This document shows positions 1-15,863 of a stretch of 64,000 nucleotides of DNA, one piece after another. The translations under genes and the position numbers were made by a program. This DNA is from Squalus acanthias (lineage: Eukaryota). The stretch is from NCBI GenBank assembly GCA_030390025.1, contig JASTWF010000353.1, forward strand, positions 1 through 64,000. Reading direction: 5' to 3'. Under the pieces are notes generated by a model that did not search any database, had not been told where the DNA came from, and was given only the letters and a program-made list of their open reading frames with translations. Each line of letters starts with the position of its first letter. Positions within the stretch are counted from its first letter, which is position 1.

Positions 1-3000
1 TACACACCCAGTGATCCCCATTATACACACCCAGTGATCCCCATTATACACACCCAGTGAACCCCATTATACACACCATTGATCCCCATTATAAACACCC
101 ATTGATCCCCATTATACACACCCAGTGAACCCCATTATAGACACCCAGTGATCCCCATTATACACACCAGTGAACACCATTATACACACCCAGTGAACCC
201 CATTATACACACCCAGTGATCCCCATTATACACACCCAGTGAACCCCATTATACACACCCAGTGATCCCCATTATACACACCCAGTGAACCCCATTATAC
301 ACACCCAGTGAACCCCATTATACACACCCAGTGATCCCCATTATACACACCCAGTGAACCCCATTATACACACCCAGTGAACCCCATTATACACACCCAG
401 TGATCCCCATTATACACACCCAGTGATCCCCATTATACACACCCAGTGATCCCCATTATACACACCCAGTGAACCCCATTATACACACCCAGTGATCCCC
501 ATTATACACACCCAGTGAACCCCATTATACACACCCAGTGAACTCAATTATACACACCCAGTGAACCCATTATACACACCCAGTGATCCCCATTATACAC
601 ACCCAGTGAACCCCATTATACACACCAGTGATCCCCATTATACACACCAGTGATCCCCATTATACACACCCAGTGATCCCCATTATACACACCCAGTGAT
701 CCCCATTATACACACCCAGTGATCCCCATTATACACACCCAGTGATCCCCATTATACACACCCAGTGAACCCCATTATACACACCCAGTGATCCCCATTA
801 TACACACCCAGTGAACCCCATTATACACACCCAGTGATCCCCATTATACACACCCAGTGATCCCCATTATACACACCCAGTGAACCCCATTATACACACC
901 CAGTGATCCCCATTATACACACCCAGTGATCCCATTATACACACCCAGTGAACACCATTATACACACCCAGTGAACCCCATTATACACACCCAGTGATCC
1001 CCATTATACACACCCAGTGATCCCCATTATACACACCCAGTGAACCCCATTATACACACCCAGTGAACCCCATTATACACACCCAGTGATCCCCATTATA
1101 CACACCCAGTGAACCCCATTATACACACCCAGTGATCCCCATTATACACACCCAGTGATCCCCATTATACACACCCAGTGATCCCCATTATACACACCCA
1201 GTGAACCCCATTATACACACCCAGTGATCCCCATTATACACACCCAGTGATCCCCATTATACACACCCAGTGAACCCCATTATACACACCCAGTGATCCC
1301 ATTATACACACCCAGTGAACCCCATTATACACACCCAGTGATCCACATTATACACACCCAGTGAACCCCATTATACACACCCAGTGAACCCCATTATACA
1401 CACCCAGTGATCCCCATTATACACACCCAGTGAACCCCATTATACACACCCAGTGATCCCATTATACACACCCAGTGATCCCCATTATACACACCCAGTG
1501 AACCCATTATACACACCCAGTGATCCCCATTATACACACCCAGTGAACCCCATTATACACACCCAGTGAACCCCATTATACACACCCAGTGAACCCCATT
1601 ATACACACCCAGTGATCCCCATTATACACACCCAGTGATCCCCATTATACACACCCAGTGAACCCATTATACACACCCAGTGAACCCCATTATACACACC
1701 CAGTGAACCCCATTATACACACCCAGTGAACCCCATTATACACACCCAGTGATCCCCATTATACACACCCAGTGAACCCCATTATACACACCCAGTGAAC
1801 CCATTATACACACCCAGTGAACCCCATTATACACACCCAGTGAACCCCATTATACACACCCAGTGAACCCCATTATACACACCCAGTGAACCCCATTATA
1901 CACACCCAGTGATCCCCATTATACACACCCAGTGATCCCCATTATACACACCCAGTGAACCCCATTATACACACCCAGTGATCCCCATTATACACACCCA
2001 GTGAATCCCATTATACACACCCAGTGAACCCCATTATACACACCCAGTGAACCCCATTATACACACCCAGTGATCCCCATTATACACACCCAGTGAACCC
2101 CATTATACACACCCAGTGAACCCCATTATACACACCCAGTGAACCCCATTATACACACCCAGTGAACCCCATTATAGCACACCCAGTGAACCCCATTATA
2201 CACACCCAGTGAACCCCATTATACACACCCAGTGAACCCCATTATACACACCCAGTGATCCCCATTATACACACCCAGTGATCCCCATTATACACACCCA
2301 GTGATCCCCATTATACACACCCAGTGATCCCCATTATACACACCCAGTGAACCCCATTATACACACCCAGTGAACCCCATTATACACACCCAGTGAACCC
2401 CATTATACACACCCAGTGATCCCCATTATACACACCCAGTGAACCCCATTATACACACCCAGTGAACCCCATTATACACACCCAGTGATCCCCATTATAC
2501 ACACCCAGTGATCCCCATTATACACACCCAGTGAACCCCATTATACACACCCAGTGATCCCCATTATACACACCCAGTGATCCCCATTATACACACCCAG
2601 TGATCCCCATTATACACACCCAGTGAACCCCATTATACACACCCAGTGATCCCCATTATACACACCCAGTGATCCCCATTATACACACCCAGTGAACCCC
2701 ATTATACACACCCAGTGATCCCATTATACACACCCAGTGATCCCCATTATACACACCCAGTGAACCCCATTATACACACCCAGTGAACCCCATTATACAC
2801 ACCCAGTGATCCCCATTATACACACCCAGTGATCCCCATTATACACACCCAGTGATCCCATTATACACACCCAGTGAACCCCATTATACACACCCAGTGA
2901 ATCCCATTATACACACCCAGTGATCCCCATTATACACACCCAGTGAACCCCATTATACACACCCAGTGATCCCCATTATACACACCCAGTGATCCCCATT

Positions 3001-6000
3001 ATACACACCCAGTGAACCCCATTATACACACCCAGTGATCCACATTATACACACCCAGTGAACCCCATTATACACACCCAGTGAACCCCATTATACACAC
3101 CCAGTGAACCCCATTATACACACCCAGTGATCCCCATTATACACACCCAGTGATCCCATTATACACACCCAGTGATCCCCATTATACACACCCAGTGAAC
3201 CCATTATACACACCCAGTGATCCCTATTATACACACCCAGTGATCCCCATTATACACACCCAGTGAACCCATTATACACACCCAGTGAACCCCATTATAC
3301 ACACCCAGTGAACCCCATTATACACACCCAGTGAACCCCATTATAGCACACCCAGTGAACCCCATTATACACACCCAGTGAACCCCATTATACACACCCA
3401 GTGAACCCCATTATACACACCCAGTGAACCCCATTATACACACCCAGTGAACCCCATTATGCACACCCAGTGATCCCCATTTTACACACCCAGTGATCCC
3501 CATTTTACACACCCAGTGATCCCCATTATACACACCCAGTGAACACCATTATACACACCCAGTGAACCCCATTATACATATCCAGTGATCCCCATTATAC
3601 ACACCCAGTGATCCCCATTATACACCCCAGTGTACCCCATTATACACAACCAGTGATCCCCATTATACACACACAGTGATCCCCATTATACACACCCAGT
3701 GATCCCCATTATACACACCCAAAGAACCCCATTATACACACCCAGTGAACCCCATTATACACAACACCAAATGAACCCCATTATACACACCCAGTGAACT
3801 CCATTATACACACCCAGTGAACCCCATTATACACACCCAGTGATCCCCATTGTACACACCCAAAGAACCCCATTATACACACCCAGTGAACCCCATTATA
3901 CACACCCAGTGATCCCCATTGTACACACCCAAGAACCCCATTATACACACCCAGTGAACCCCATTATACACACCCAGTGAACTCCATTATACACACCCAG
4001 TGAACCCATTATAGACACCCAGTGAACCCCATTATACACACCCAGTGATCCCATTATACACACCCAGTGATCCCCATTATACACACCCAGTGAACCCCAT
4101 TATACACACCCAGTGAACCCCATTATACACACCCAGTGATCCCATTATACACAACCAGTGATCCCCATTATACACACCCAGTGAACCCATTATACACACC
4201 CTGTGATCCCCATTATACACACCCAGTGATCCCATTATACACACACAGTGAACCCCATTATACACACCCAGTGATCCCCATTATACACACCCAGTGATCC
4301 CCATTATACACTCCCAGTGAACCCCATTATACACACCCAGTGAACCCCATTATAGGCACCCAGTGAACCCCATTATACACACCCAGTGAACCCCATTATA
4401 CACACCCAGTGAACCCCATTATGCACACCCAGTGATCCCCATTATACACACCCAGTGATCCCCATTATACATGCCCAGTGATCCCCATTATACACACCCA
4501 GTGATCCCCATTATACACACCCAGTGAACCCCATTATACACACCCAGTGAACCCCATTATACCCACCCAGTGAACCCCATTATACACACCCAGTGATCCC
4601 CATTATACACACCCAGTGAACCCCATTATACACACCCAGTGAACCCCATTATACACACCCAGTGATCCCCATTATACACACCCAGTGATCCCCATTATAC
4701 ACACCCAGTGAACCCCATTATACACACCCAGTGATCCCCATTATACGAGCCCAGTGATCCCCATTATACACACCCAGTGATCCCCATTATACACACCCAG
4801 TGAACCCCATTATACACACCCAGTGATCCCCATTATACACACCCAGTGATCCCCATTATACACGCCCAGTGAACCCCATTATACACACCCAGTGATCCCC
4901 ATTATACACACCCAGTAGTCCTCATTATACACACCCAGTGAACACCATTATACACACCCAGTGAACCACATTATACACACCCAGTGATCCCCATTATACA
5001 CACCCAGTGATCCCCATTATACAGACCCAGTGATCCCAATTATACACACCCAGTGAACCCCATTATACCCACCCAGTGAATCCCATTATACACACCCAGT
5101 GATCCCCATTATACACACCCAGTGAACCCCATTATACACACCCAGTGATCTCCATTATACACAACCAGTGATCCCCATTATACACACCCAGTGAACCCTA
5201 TGATAGACACCCAGTGATCCACATTATACACACCCAGTGAACCACATTATACACACCCAGTGAACCCCATTATACACACCCAGTGAACCCCATTAAACAC
5301 ACCGAGTGATCCGCATTATACATACCCAGTGATTCCCATTATACACACCCAGTGATCCCCATTATACACACCCAATGAAGCCCATTATACACACCCAGTG
5401 ATCTCCATTATACACAACCAGTGATCCCCATTATACACACCCAGTGAAACCCATTATACACACCCAGTGAACCCCATTATACACACCCAGTGAACCCTAT
5501 TATACACACCCAGTGAACCCCATTATAGGCACCCAGCGAACCCCATTATACACACCCAGTGAACCCCATGATACACACCCAGTGAACCCCATTATACACA
5601 CCCAGTGAACCCCATTATACACACCCAGTGAACCCCATTATGCACACCCAGTGATCCCCATTATACACACCCAGTGATCCCCATTATACACACCCAGTGA
5701 TCCCCATTATACACACCCAGTGAACACCATTATACACACCCAGTGAACCCCATTATACACATCCAGTGATCCCCATTATACACACCCAGTGATCCCCATT
5801 ATACACCCCCAGTGTACCCCATTATACACAACCAGTGATCCCCATTATACACACACAGTGATCCCCATTATACACACCCAGTGATCCCCATTATACACAC
5901 CCAGTGAACCCCATTATACACACCCAGTGAACCCCATTATACACAACACCAAATGAACCCCATTATACACACCCAGTGAACTCCATTATACACACCCAGT

Positions 6001-7820
6001 GAACCCCATTATACACACCCAGTGATCCCCATTGTACACACCCAAAGAACCCCATTATACACACCCAGTGAACCCCATTATACACACCCAGTGATCCCCA
6101 TTGTACACACCCAAAGAACCCCATTATACACACCCAGTGAACCCCACTATACACACCCAGTGAACTCCATTATACACACCCAGTGAACCCATTATAGACA
6201 CCCAGTGAACCCCATTATACATAACACCCAGTGATCTCCATTATACACAACCAGTGATTCCCCATTAAACACACCCAGTGAACCCCATTATACACAACAC
6301 CCAGTGAACCCCATTATACACACCCAGTGATCTCCATTATACACAACCAGTGATCCCCATTATACACACCCAGTGAAACCCATTGCACACACCCTGTGAT
6401 CCCAATTATACACACCCAGTGAATCCCATTATACACACACAGTGAACCCCATTATACACACCCAGTGATCCCCATTATACACACCCAGTGATCCCCATTA
6501 TACACTCCCAGTGAACCCCATTATACACACCCAGTGAACCCCATTATACACACCCAGTGAACCCCATTATACACACCCAGTGAACCCCATTATACACACC
6601 CAGTGAATGCCATTATACACACCCAGTGGTCCCCATTATATACACCCAGTGAACCCCATTATACACACATAGTGATCCCCATTATACACACCCAGTGATC
6701 CCCATTATACACACCCAGTGAACCCATTATACACACCCAGTGAACCCCATTATACACACCCAGTGAACTCCATTATACACACCCAGTGAACCCATTATAG
6801 ACACCCAGTGAACCCCATTATACACAACACCCAGTGATCAACATTATACACACCCAGTGATCCCCATTATATACACCCAGTGAACCCCATTATACACACC
6901 TAGTGATCCCCATTATACACACCCAGTGAACCCTATTATACACACAAATTGATCCCCATTATACACACCCAGTGATCCCCATTATACACTCCCAGTGGTC
7001 CACATTATACACACCCAGTGAACCCCATTATACACACCCAGTGAACCCCATTATACACACCCAGTGATCCCCATTAGATACACCCAGTGAACCCCATTAT
7101 ACACACAAATTGATCCCCATTATACACACCCAGTGATCCGCATTATACACACCCGATGAAGCCCATTATACACACAAATTGATCCCCATTATACACACCC
7201 AGTGATCCCCATTATACACACCCAGTGATCCCCATTATACACACCCAGTGATCCCCATTATACACACCCAGTGAACCCCATTATACACACCCAGTGATCC
7301 CCATTATACACACCCAGTGAATCCCTTTATACACACCCAGTGATCCCCATTATGCAGACCCAGTGATCCCCATTATACAGACACAGTGATCCCCATTATA
7401 CACACCCAGTGAACCCCATTATACACACCCAGTGATCCCTATTATACAGACACAGTGATCCCCATTGTACATACCCAGTGAACCCCATTATACACACCCA
7501 GTGAACCCCATTATGCAGACCCAGTGATCCCCATTATACACACCCAGTGATCCCCATTATACAGACACAGTGATCCCCATTATACACACCCAGTGAACAC
7601 ATTATACACACTCAGTGAACCCATTATACACACCCAGTGAACCCATTATACACACCCAGTGAACCCATTATACACACTTTGTGAACCCATTGTACAGACC
7701 CTGTGAACACCATTATACAGACCCAGTGAACCCCATTATACACACTCAGTGATACCCATTGTACAGACCCAGTGAACCCCATTATATACACCCAGTGAAC
7801 CCCATTATACACATTCAGTG
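1..7820. repeat. Minisatellite array, 23-bp unit TACACACCCAGTGA(A/T)CCCCATTA (runs off the left window edge)
   Basis: Tandem unit read directly; homogeneous at left, more diverged toward 7800. Confidence 0.98.
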
Positions 7821-10800
7821 ATGGAGAGGGTATTTATTCAGAGAGAGAGGTAGATGGAGAGGGTATTTATTCAGAGGGAGAGATGGAGTGGATAATTATT
7901 CAGAGCGAGAGGGAGATGGAGAGGGTATTTATTCACAGGAAGAGATGGAGATGGTATTTATTCAGGGGCGAGATGGAGAGGGTATTTATTCAGAGGGGTA
8001 AATGTAGAGGGTATTTATTCAGAGAGTGGGCAATGGAGATGGCATTTATTCAGAGAGGGAGCATTGGGAGAGGGTTTTTATTCAGAGAGTGGGAGATGGA
8101 GAGGGTATTTATTCAGAGGGGGAGATGGAGAGGTTATTTATTCAGACGGGGAGATGGAGAGGGTTTTTATTCAGAGGGGGAAAACGAGAGGGTATTTAAA
8201 AGTGGGGGATATGGAGAGGGTATTTATTCAGAGGCGGGAGATGGAGAAGGTATTAATTCAGAGAGGGGGTAATGGAAATGGTATTTATTCAGAGTGGGAG
8301 AGATGGAGAGGGTATTCATTCAGAGGGGGGGATGGAGATGGTATTTATTCAGAGAGGGGGAGATGGAGAGTGTATTTATTCAGAGAGGGGGAGATGGAGA
8401 GGGTATTTATTCAGACAGGGAGAGATGGAGAGGGTAATTATTCAGAGTGGGAGATGGAGAGGGTATTTATTCAGAGAGAGAGATGGAGAGGGTATTTATT
8501 CAGAGAGGGGGAGATGGTGAGGGTATTTATACACATGGGGAGATGGAGAGGGTATTTATTCAGAGGGGGAAATGGAGAGGGTATTTATTCAGAGACGGGG
8601 AGATCGAGAGGGTATTTATTCAGAGAGGGAGATCGAGAGCGTATTTATTCAGAGGGGGAAATAGAGAGGGTATTTATTTAGAGAGGGAGATCGAGAGGGT
8701 ATTTATTCAGAGACAGGGAGATGCATAGGGTATTTATTCAAAGAAGGAGATGGAGAGCGTATTTATTCAGAGGGGGAGATGGAGAGGGTATTTATTCAGA
8801 GGGGGAGATGGAGAGGGTTTTTATTCAGAGGGGGAGATGGAGAGGGTTTTTATTCAGAGAGTGTGATGGAGAGGGTATTTATTCAGAGAGTGTGATGGAG
8901 AGGGTCTTTATTCAGAGAGTGTGATGGAGAGGGTATTTATTCAGAGGAAGAGGGAGATGGAGAGGGTATTTATTCCGAGAGGGAGAGAAGGAGAGGGTAT
9001 TTATTCAGAGAGGGAGATGGTGAGGGTATTTATTCAGAGATGGTGAGATGGAAAGATTATTTATTCAGAGAGAGAGAAGAAGAGGGTATTTATTCAGAGG
9101 GGGAGATGGAGAGGGTATTTATTGAGAGGGGGGAGATGGAGAGGCTATTTATTCAGAGGGGGGAGATGGAGAGGGTATTTATTCAGTGATGGGGAGATGG
9201 AGAGGGTATTTATTCAGTGATGGGGAGATGGAGAGGGTATTTATTCAGTGATGGGGAGATGGAGAGGGTATTTATTCAGAGAGTGAGATGGAGAGGGTAT
9301 TTATTCAGAGGGAGTGGGAGATGGAGAGGGTATTTATTCAGAGAGGGAGATCGAGAGGGTATTTATTCAGAGGGGGAGATCGAGAGGGTATTTATTCAGA
9401 GAGGGGGAGATGGAGAGGGTATTTATTCACACAGGGAGGAGATGGAGAGGGTATTTATTCAGCTGGGGAGTTGGAGAGGGTATTTATTCAGAGCGTGTGA
9501 TGGAGAGGGTATTTATTCTGAGGGGGGAGATGGAGAGGGTATTTATTCTGAGGGGGGAGATGGAGAGGGTATTTATTGGAGAGGGGGAGATGGAGAGGGT
9601 ATTTATTCAGAGAGGGAGATCGAGAGGGTATTTATTCAGAGAGGGAGATGGAGAGGGTATTTATTCAGAGAGAGAGAAGAAGAGGGTATTTATTCAGAGG
9701 GGGAGATGGAGAGGGTATTTATTCAGAGAGGGAGATGGAGAGGGTATTTATTCAGAGAGGGAGATGGAGAGGGTATTTATTCAGTGAGGGGGAGATGGAG
9801 AGGGTATTTATTCAGAGAGCGGGATGGAGAGGGTATTTCTTCAGCGAGGGGGAGATGTAGAGGGTATTTATTCATACGAGAGAGCTTTGGAGAGGGTATT
9901 TATTCAGAGAGTGAGATGGAGAGGGTATTTATTCAGAGAGGGAAATGGAGAGGGTATTTCTTCAGCGAGGGGGAGATGTAGAGGGTATTTATTCATACGA
10001 GAGAGCTTTGGAGAGGGTATTTATTCAGAGAGTGAGATGGAGAGGGTATTTATTCAGAGAGGGAAATGGAGAGGGTATTTATTCAGAGAGGGGGAGATGG
10101 AGAGGGTATTTATTCAGTGAGGGGGAGATGGAGAGGGTATTTATTCAGAGTGTGAGATGGAGAGGGTATTTATTCAGAGAGGTAAATGGAGAGGGTATTT
10201 ATTCAGATACGGCGAGATGAGAGGGTATTTATTCAGAGTGTGAGATGGAGAGGGTATTTATTCTTAGAGTGGGCGATGGAGAGCATATTTATTCAGAGAG
10301 AGGGAGATGGCGAGTGTATTTATTCAGAGAGCGAGATGCAGAGGGTATTCTGAGGGGGAGATGGAGAGGGTAATTATTCGGAGCGGGGAGATGGAGAGGG
10401 TATTTATTCTGAGGGGGGAGATGGAGAGGGCATTTATTCAGATAGGGCGAGATGGAGAGATTATTTATTCAGAGGGCGAGATGGAGAGGGTATGTATAAA
10501 GAGGGGGAGATGGAGAGGATATTTATGCAGAGAGGTTGATGAAGAGTGTATTTATTCAGAGAGGGGGAGATAGAGAGGGTATTTATTCAGAGAGGGGGAG
10601 ATAGAGAGGGTATTTATTCAGAGAGGGGGAGATGGAGAGGGTATTTATTCAGAGAGAGGGTGATGGAGAGGGTATTTATTCAGAGAGTGAGATGGAGAGG
10701 GTAATTATTCAGAGGGGGAGATGGAGAGGGTATTTATTCAGAGTGGGGGAGATGGGGAGGGTATTTATTCTGAAATGGGGAGAGGGAGAGGGTATTTATT

Positions 10801-13800
10801 CAGAGAGAGGGAGATGGAGAGGGTATTTATTCAGAGAGAGTGAGATGGAGAGGTTATTTATTCAGAGGGGGTGATGGAGAGGGTATTTATTCAGAGAGGG
10901 AGATGGAGAGGGTCTTTATTCAGAGAGTGTGATGGAGAGGGTAATTATTCAGAGAGGGGGAGATGGAGAGGGTATTTATTCAGAGGGGGAGATGTAGAGG
11001 GTGTTTATTCAGAGAGTAAGATGGAGAGGGTAGTTATTCAGAGAGGGAGAAGGAGAGGGTATTTATTCAGAGAGGAGTAGATGGAGAGGGTATTTATTCA
11101 GAGAGTAAGATGGAGAGGGTATTTTTTCAGAGTGGGGGAGATGGAGAGGGTATTTATTCAGAGAGTAAGATGGAGAGGGTATTTTTTCAGAGTGGGGGAG
11201 ATGGAGAGGGTACTTATTCAGAGAGTGTGATGGAGAGGGTATTTATTCAGAGAGGTGGAGATGGAGAGGGTATTAATTTAGAGAGTATGATGGAGAGGGT
11301 AATTATTCAGCTGGGGAGTTGGAGAGGGTATTTATTTAGGGAGAGGGAAGTGGAGAGGGTAGTTATTCAGAGAGGGAGAGATGGAGAGGGTATTTATTCA
11401 GAGAGGCAGAGATGGAGAGGGTATTTATTCAGAGAGGGGGAGATGGAGAGGGTATTTATTCAGAGGGGGAGATGTAGAGGGTGTTTATTCAGAGAGTAAG
11501 ATGGAGAGGGTATTTATTCAGATGGGGAGATAGAGAGGGTATTTATTCAGATGGGGAGATGGAGAGGGTATTTATTGGAGAGGGGGAGATGGAGAGGGTA
11601 TTTATTCAGAGGGGGAAATGGGGAGGGTATTTATTCAGAGGGGGAGATGGGGAGGGTATTTATTCAGAAGGGGAAATGGAGAGGGTATTTATTCAGAGGG
11701 GGGAGATGGAGAGGGTATTTATTCAGAGAGCGTGAGATGGAGAGGGTATTTATTCAGAGAGGGCGATGGAGAGGGTATTTATTCAGAAGAGAAGGAGAGG
11801 GTATTTATTCAGAGAGAGGGAGATGGAGAGGGTATTTATTCAGAAGAGAAGGAGAGGGTATTTATTCAGTGAGCGTGAGATGGAGAGGGTATTTATTCAG
11901 AGAGGGAGATGGAGAGGGTATTTATTCAGAGAGGGAGATGGAGAGGGTATTTATTCAGAGAGAGGGAGATGGAGAGGGTATTTATTCAGAGAGAGGGAGA
12001 TGGAGAGGGTATTTATTCAGAGAGAGGGAGATGGAGAGGGCATTTTTTCAGAGAGCGAGATGGAGAGGGTATTTATTCAGAGTGGGGGAGATGGAGTGGG
12101 TATTTATTCAGAGAGGGGGAGCTGGAGAGGGTATTTATTCAGAGAGGGAGATGGAGAGGGCATTTTTTCAGAGAGCGAGATGGAGAGGGTATTTATTCAG
12201 AGTGGGGGAGATGGAGTGGGTATTTATTCAGAGAGGGGGAGATGGAGAGGGTATTTATTCAGAGTGGGGGAGATGGAGTGGGTATTTATTCAGAGAGGTG
12301 GAGATGAAGTGGGTATTTATTCAGAGAGGGCGATGGAGAGGGTATTTATTCTGAGAGTGAGATGGAGAGGGTAATTATTCAGAGAGGGGGCGATGGAGAG
12401 GGTATTTATTCTGAGAGTGAGATGGAGAGGGTATTTATGCAGAGAGGGAGATGGAGAGGGTATTTATTCAGAGAGGGAGAGATGGAGAGGGTATTTATTC
12501 AGAGAGGGAGATGGAGAGGGTATTTATGCAGAGAGGGAGATGGAGAGGGTATTTATTCAGAGAGGGAGAGATGGAGAGGGTATTTATTCAGAGAGGGAGA
12601 TGGAGAGGGTATTTATTCAGTGAGTGAGATGGAGAGGGTATTTATTCAGAAGAGAAGGAGATGGAGAGGGTATTTATTCAGAGAGCGTGAGATGGAGAGG
12701 GTATTTATTCAGAGAGGGAGATGGGGAGGGTATTTATTCAGAGGGGAGATGGGGAGGGTATTTATTCAGAGGGAGAGGGAGATGGAGAGGGTATTTATTC
12801 AGAGGGGAGATGGGGAGGGTATTTATTCAGAGAGGAGGAGATGGAGAGGGTATTTATTCAGAGGGGAGATGGGGAGGGTATTTATTCAGAGAGGAGGAGA
12901 TGGAGAGGGTATTTATTTAGATAGTGAGATGGAGAGGGTATTTATTCAGAGAGGGCGATGGAGAGGGTATTTATTCAGAGAGGAGGAGATGGAGAGGGTA
13001 TTTATTTAGATAGTGAGATGGAGAGGGTATTTATTCAGAGGGGGCAATGGAGAGGGGATTTATTCAGAGGGGAGATGGAAAGGGGATTTATTCTGAGAGG
13101 GGGAGGTGGAGAGGGTATTTATTCAGAGGGGAGATGGAAAGGGGATTTATTCTGAGAGGGGGAGGTGGAGAGGGTATTTATTCAGAGAGATGGAGATGGA
13201 GAGGGTATTTATTCAGAGGGGGAGATGGAGAGGGTATTTATTCAGAGGGGGATGTGGAGCGGGTATTTATTCAGAGAGGTAGATGGAGAGGGTATTTATT
13301 CATTGGTGGAGTTGGAGAGGGTATTTATTCAGAGAGAGGGAAATGGAGAGGGTATTTATTCAGAGAGAGGGAAATGGAGAGGGTATTTATTCAGAGAGAG
13401 GGAGATGGAGAGGGTATTTATTTAGGGGAGGGAGATGGAGAGGGTATTTATTCAGAGAGAGGGGAATGGAGCGGGTATTTATTCAGAGAGGTAGATGGAG
13501 AGGGTATTTATTCATCGGTGGAGTTGGAGAGGGTTTTTATTCAGAGTGGGGGAGATGGAGAGGGTATTTTTTCAGAGAGGGAGATGGAGAGGGTATTTAT
13601 TCATAGAGGAGGAGATGGAGAGGTTATTTATTCAGAGGGGGAGATGGAGAGAATATTTATTCGGAGGAAGAGGGAGATGGCGAGGGTATTTATTCAGAGA
13701 GCGAGATGCAGAGGGTATTTATTCAGAGGGGGATGTGGAGCGGGTATTTATTCAGAGAGGTAGATGGAGAGGGTATTTATTCATCGGTGGAGTTGGAGAG

Positions 13801-15863
13801 GGTATTTATTCAGAGAGAGGGAAATGGAGAGAATATTTATTCGGAGGAAGAGGGAGATGGAGAGGGTATTTATTCAGAGAGCGAGATGCAGAGGGTATTT
13901 ATTCAGAGGGGGATGTGGAGCGGGTATTTATTCAGAAGGGGGAGATGGAGAGGGTATTTATTCAGAGAGGGAGATGGAGAGGGTATTTATTCAGAGAGGA
14001 GGAGATGGAGAGGGTATTTATTCAGAAGGGGGAGATGGAGAGGGTATTTATTCAGAGAGGAGGAGATGGAGAGGGTATTTATTCAGAAGGGGGAGATGGA
14101 GAGGGTATTTATTCAGAGAGGAGGAGATGGAGAGGGTATTTATTCAGAGAGAGGGAGATGGAGAGGGTATTTATTCAGAGAGGGGGCAATGGAGAGGGTA
14201 TTTATTCAGAGAGAGGGAGGTGGAGAGGTTATTTATTCAGAGATGGAGATGGAGAGGGTTTTTATTCAGAGAGGGAGATGGAGAGGGTATATTCAGAGAG
14301 TGAGATGGAGAGGGTATTTATTCAGAGAGATGGAGATGGAGAGGGTATTTATTCAGAGAGGGTATTTATTCAGAGAGTGTGATAGAGAGGTTATATATTC
14401 AGAGGGGGAGATGGAGAGGATATTTATTCAGAGTGCGGGATGGAGGGGGTATTTATTCAGAGAGTGAGATGGAGAGGGTAATTATTCAGAGGGGAGATGG
14501 AAAGGGGATTTATTCTGAGAGGGGGAGGTGGAGAGGGTATTTATTCAGAGAGATGGAGATGGAGAGGTTTTTTATTCAGAGAGTGTGATGGAGAGGATAT
14601 TTATTCAGAGAGGAGGAGATGGAGAGGTTATTTATTCAGAGGGGGAGATGGAGAGGGTATTTATTCAGTGAGGGGGAGATGGAGAGGGTATTTATTCGGA
14701 GGACGAGGGAGATGGAGAGGGTATTTATTCAGAGTGCGGGATGGAGAGGGTATTTCTTCAGAGAGGGGGAGATGGAGAGGGTATTTATTCAGAGAGTGAG
14801 ATGGAGAGGGTATTTATACAGAGAGTGAGATGGAGAGGGTATTTATACAGAGAGGGAGATGGAGAGGGTATTTATACAGAGAGGGAGATGAAGAGGGTAT
14901 TTATTCAGCGGGGGAGTTGGAGAGGGTATTTATTCAGAGAGTGAGATGGAGAGGGTATTTATACAGAGAGGGAGATGAAGAGGGTATTTATTCAGCGGGG
15001 GAGTTGGAGAGGGTATTTATTTAGTGGAGGGAGAATCAGAGGGTATTTATTCAGAGAGAGAGCGTTGGAGAGGCTATTTATTCAGAGAGAGGGAAATGGA
15101 GAGGTTATTTATTCAGAGGGTGATGTGGAGCGGGTATTTATTCAGAGAGGTAGATGGAGAGGGTATTTATTCATCGGGGTACTTGGAGAGGGTATTTATT
15201 CAGAGAGAGGGAAATGGAGAGGGTATTTATTCAGAAGGGGAGATGGAGCGGGTATTTATTCAGAGAGGGAGATGGAGAGAGTATTTATTCAGAGAGCGTG
15301 AGATGGAGAGGGTATTTATTCAGAGAGAGGGAGATGGAGAGGGTATTTATTCAGATAGTGAGATGGAGAGGGTATTTATTCAGAGATGGGGAGATGGAGA
15401 GGGTATTTATTCAGAGAGGGGGAGATGGAGAGGGTATTTATTCAGAGAGGGGGAGATGGAGAGTGTATTTATTCAGAGAGGGGGAGATGGAGAGGGTATT
15501 TATTCAGAGAGGGGGAGATGGAGAGTGTATTTATTCAGAGAGGGGGAGATGGAGAGGGTATTTATTCACAGAGGGGGAGATGGAGAGGGTATTTATTCAC
15601 AGAGGGGGAGATGGAGAGTGTATTTATTCAGAGAGGGGGAGATGGAGAGTGTATTTATTCAGAGAGGGGGAGATGGAGAGGGTATTTATTCAGAGAGAGG
15701 GAGATGGAGAGTGTATTTATTCAGAGAGGGGGAGATGGAGAGTGTATTTATTCAGAGAGGGGGAGATGGAGAGGGTATTTATTCAGAGAGGGGGAGATGG
15801 AGAGGGTATTTATTCAGAGAGGGGGAGATGGAGAGGGTATTTATTCAGAGGGGGAGGTGGAGA
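7820..15863. repeat. Purine-rich minisatellite, ~28-32-bp unit GATGGAGAGGGTATTTATTCAGAG(R)n
   Basis: Conserved core GGAGAGGGTATTTATTCAG with a variable GA-rich spacer; explains all the MERVFIQRG-type ORFs. Confidence 0.98.

Noticed and set aside
7820..15863. CRISPR-like look of a constant core with variable spacers
   Set aside because: Spacers are short, low-complexity and related to each other; vertebrate context and no cas genes
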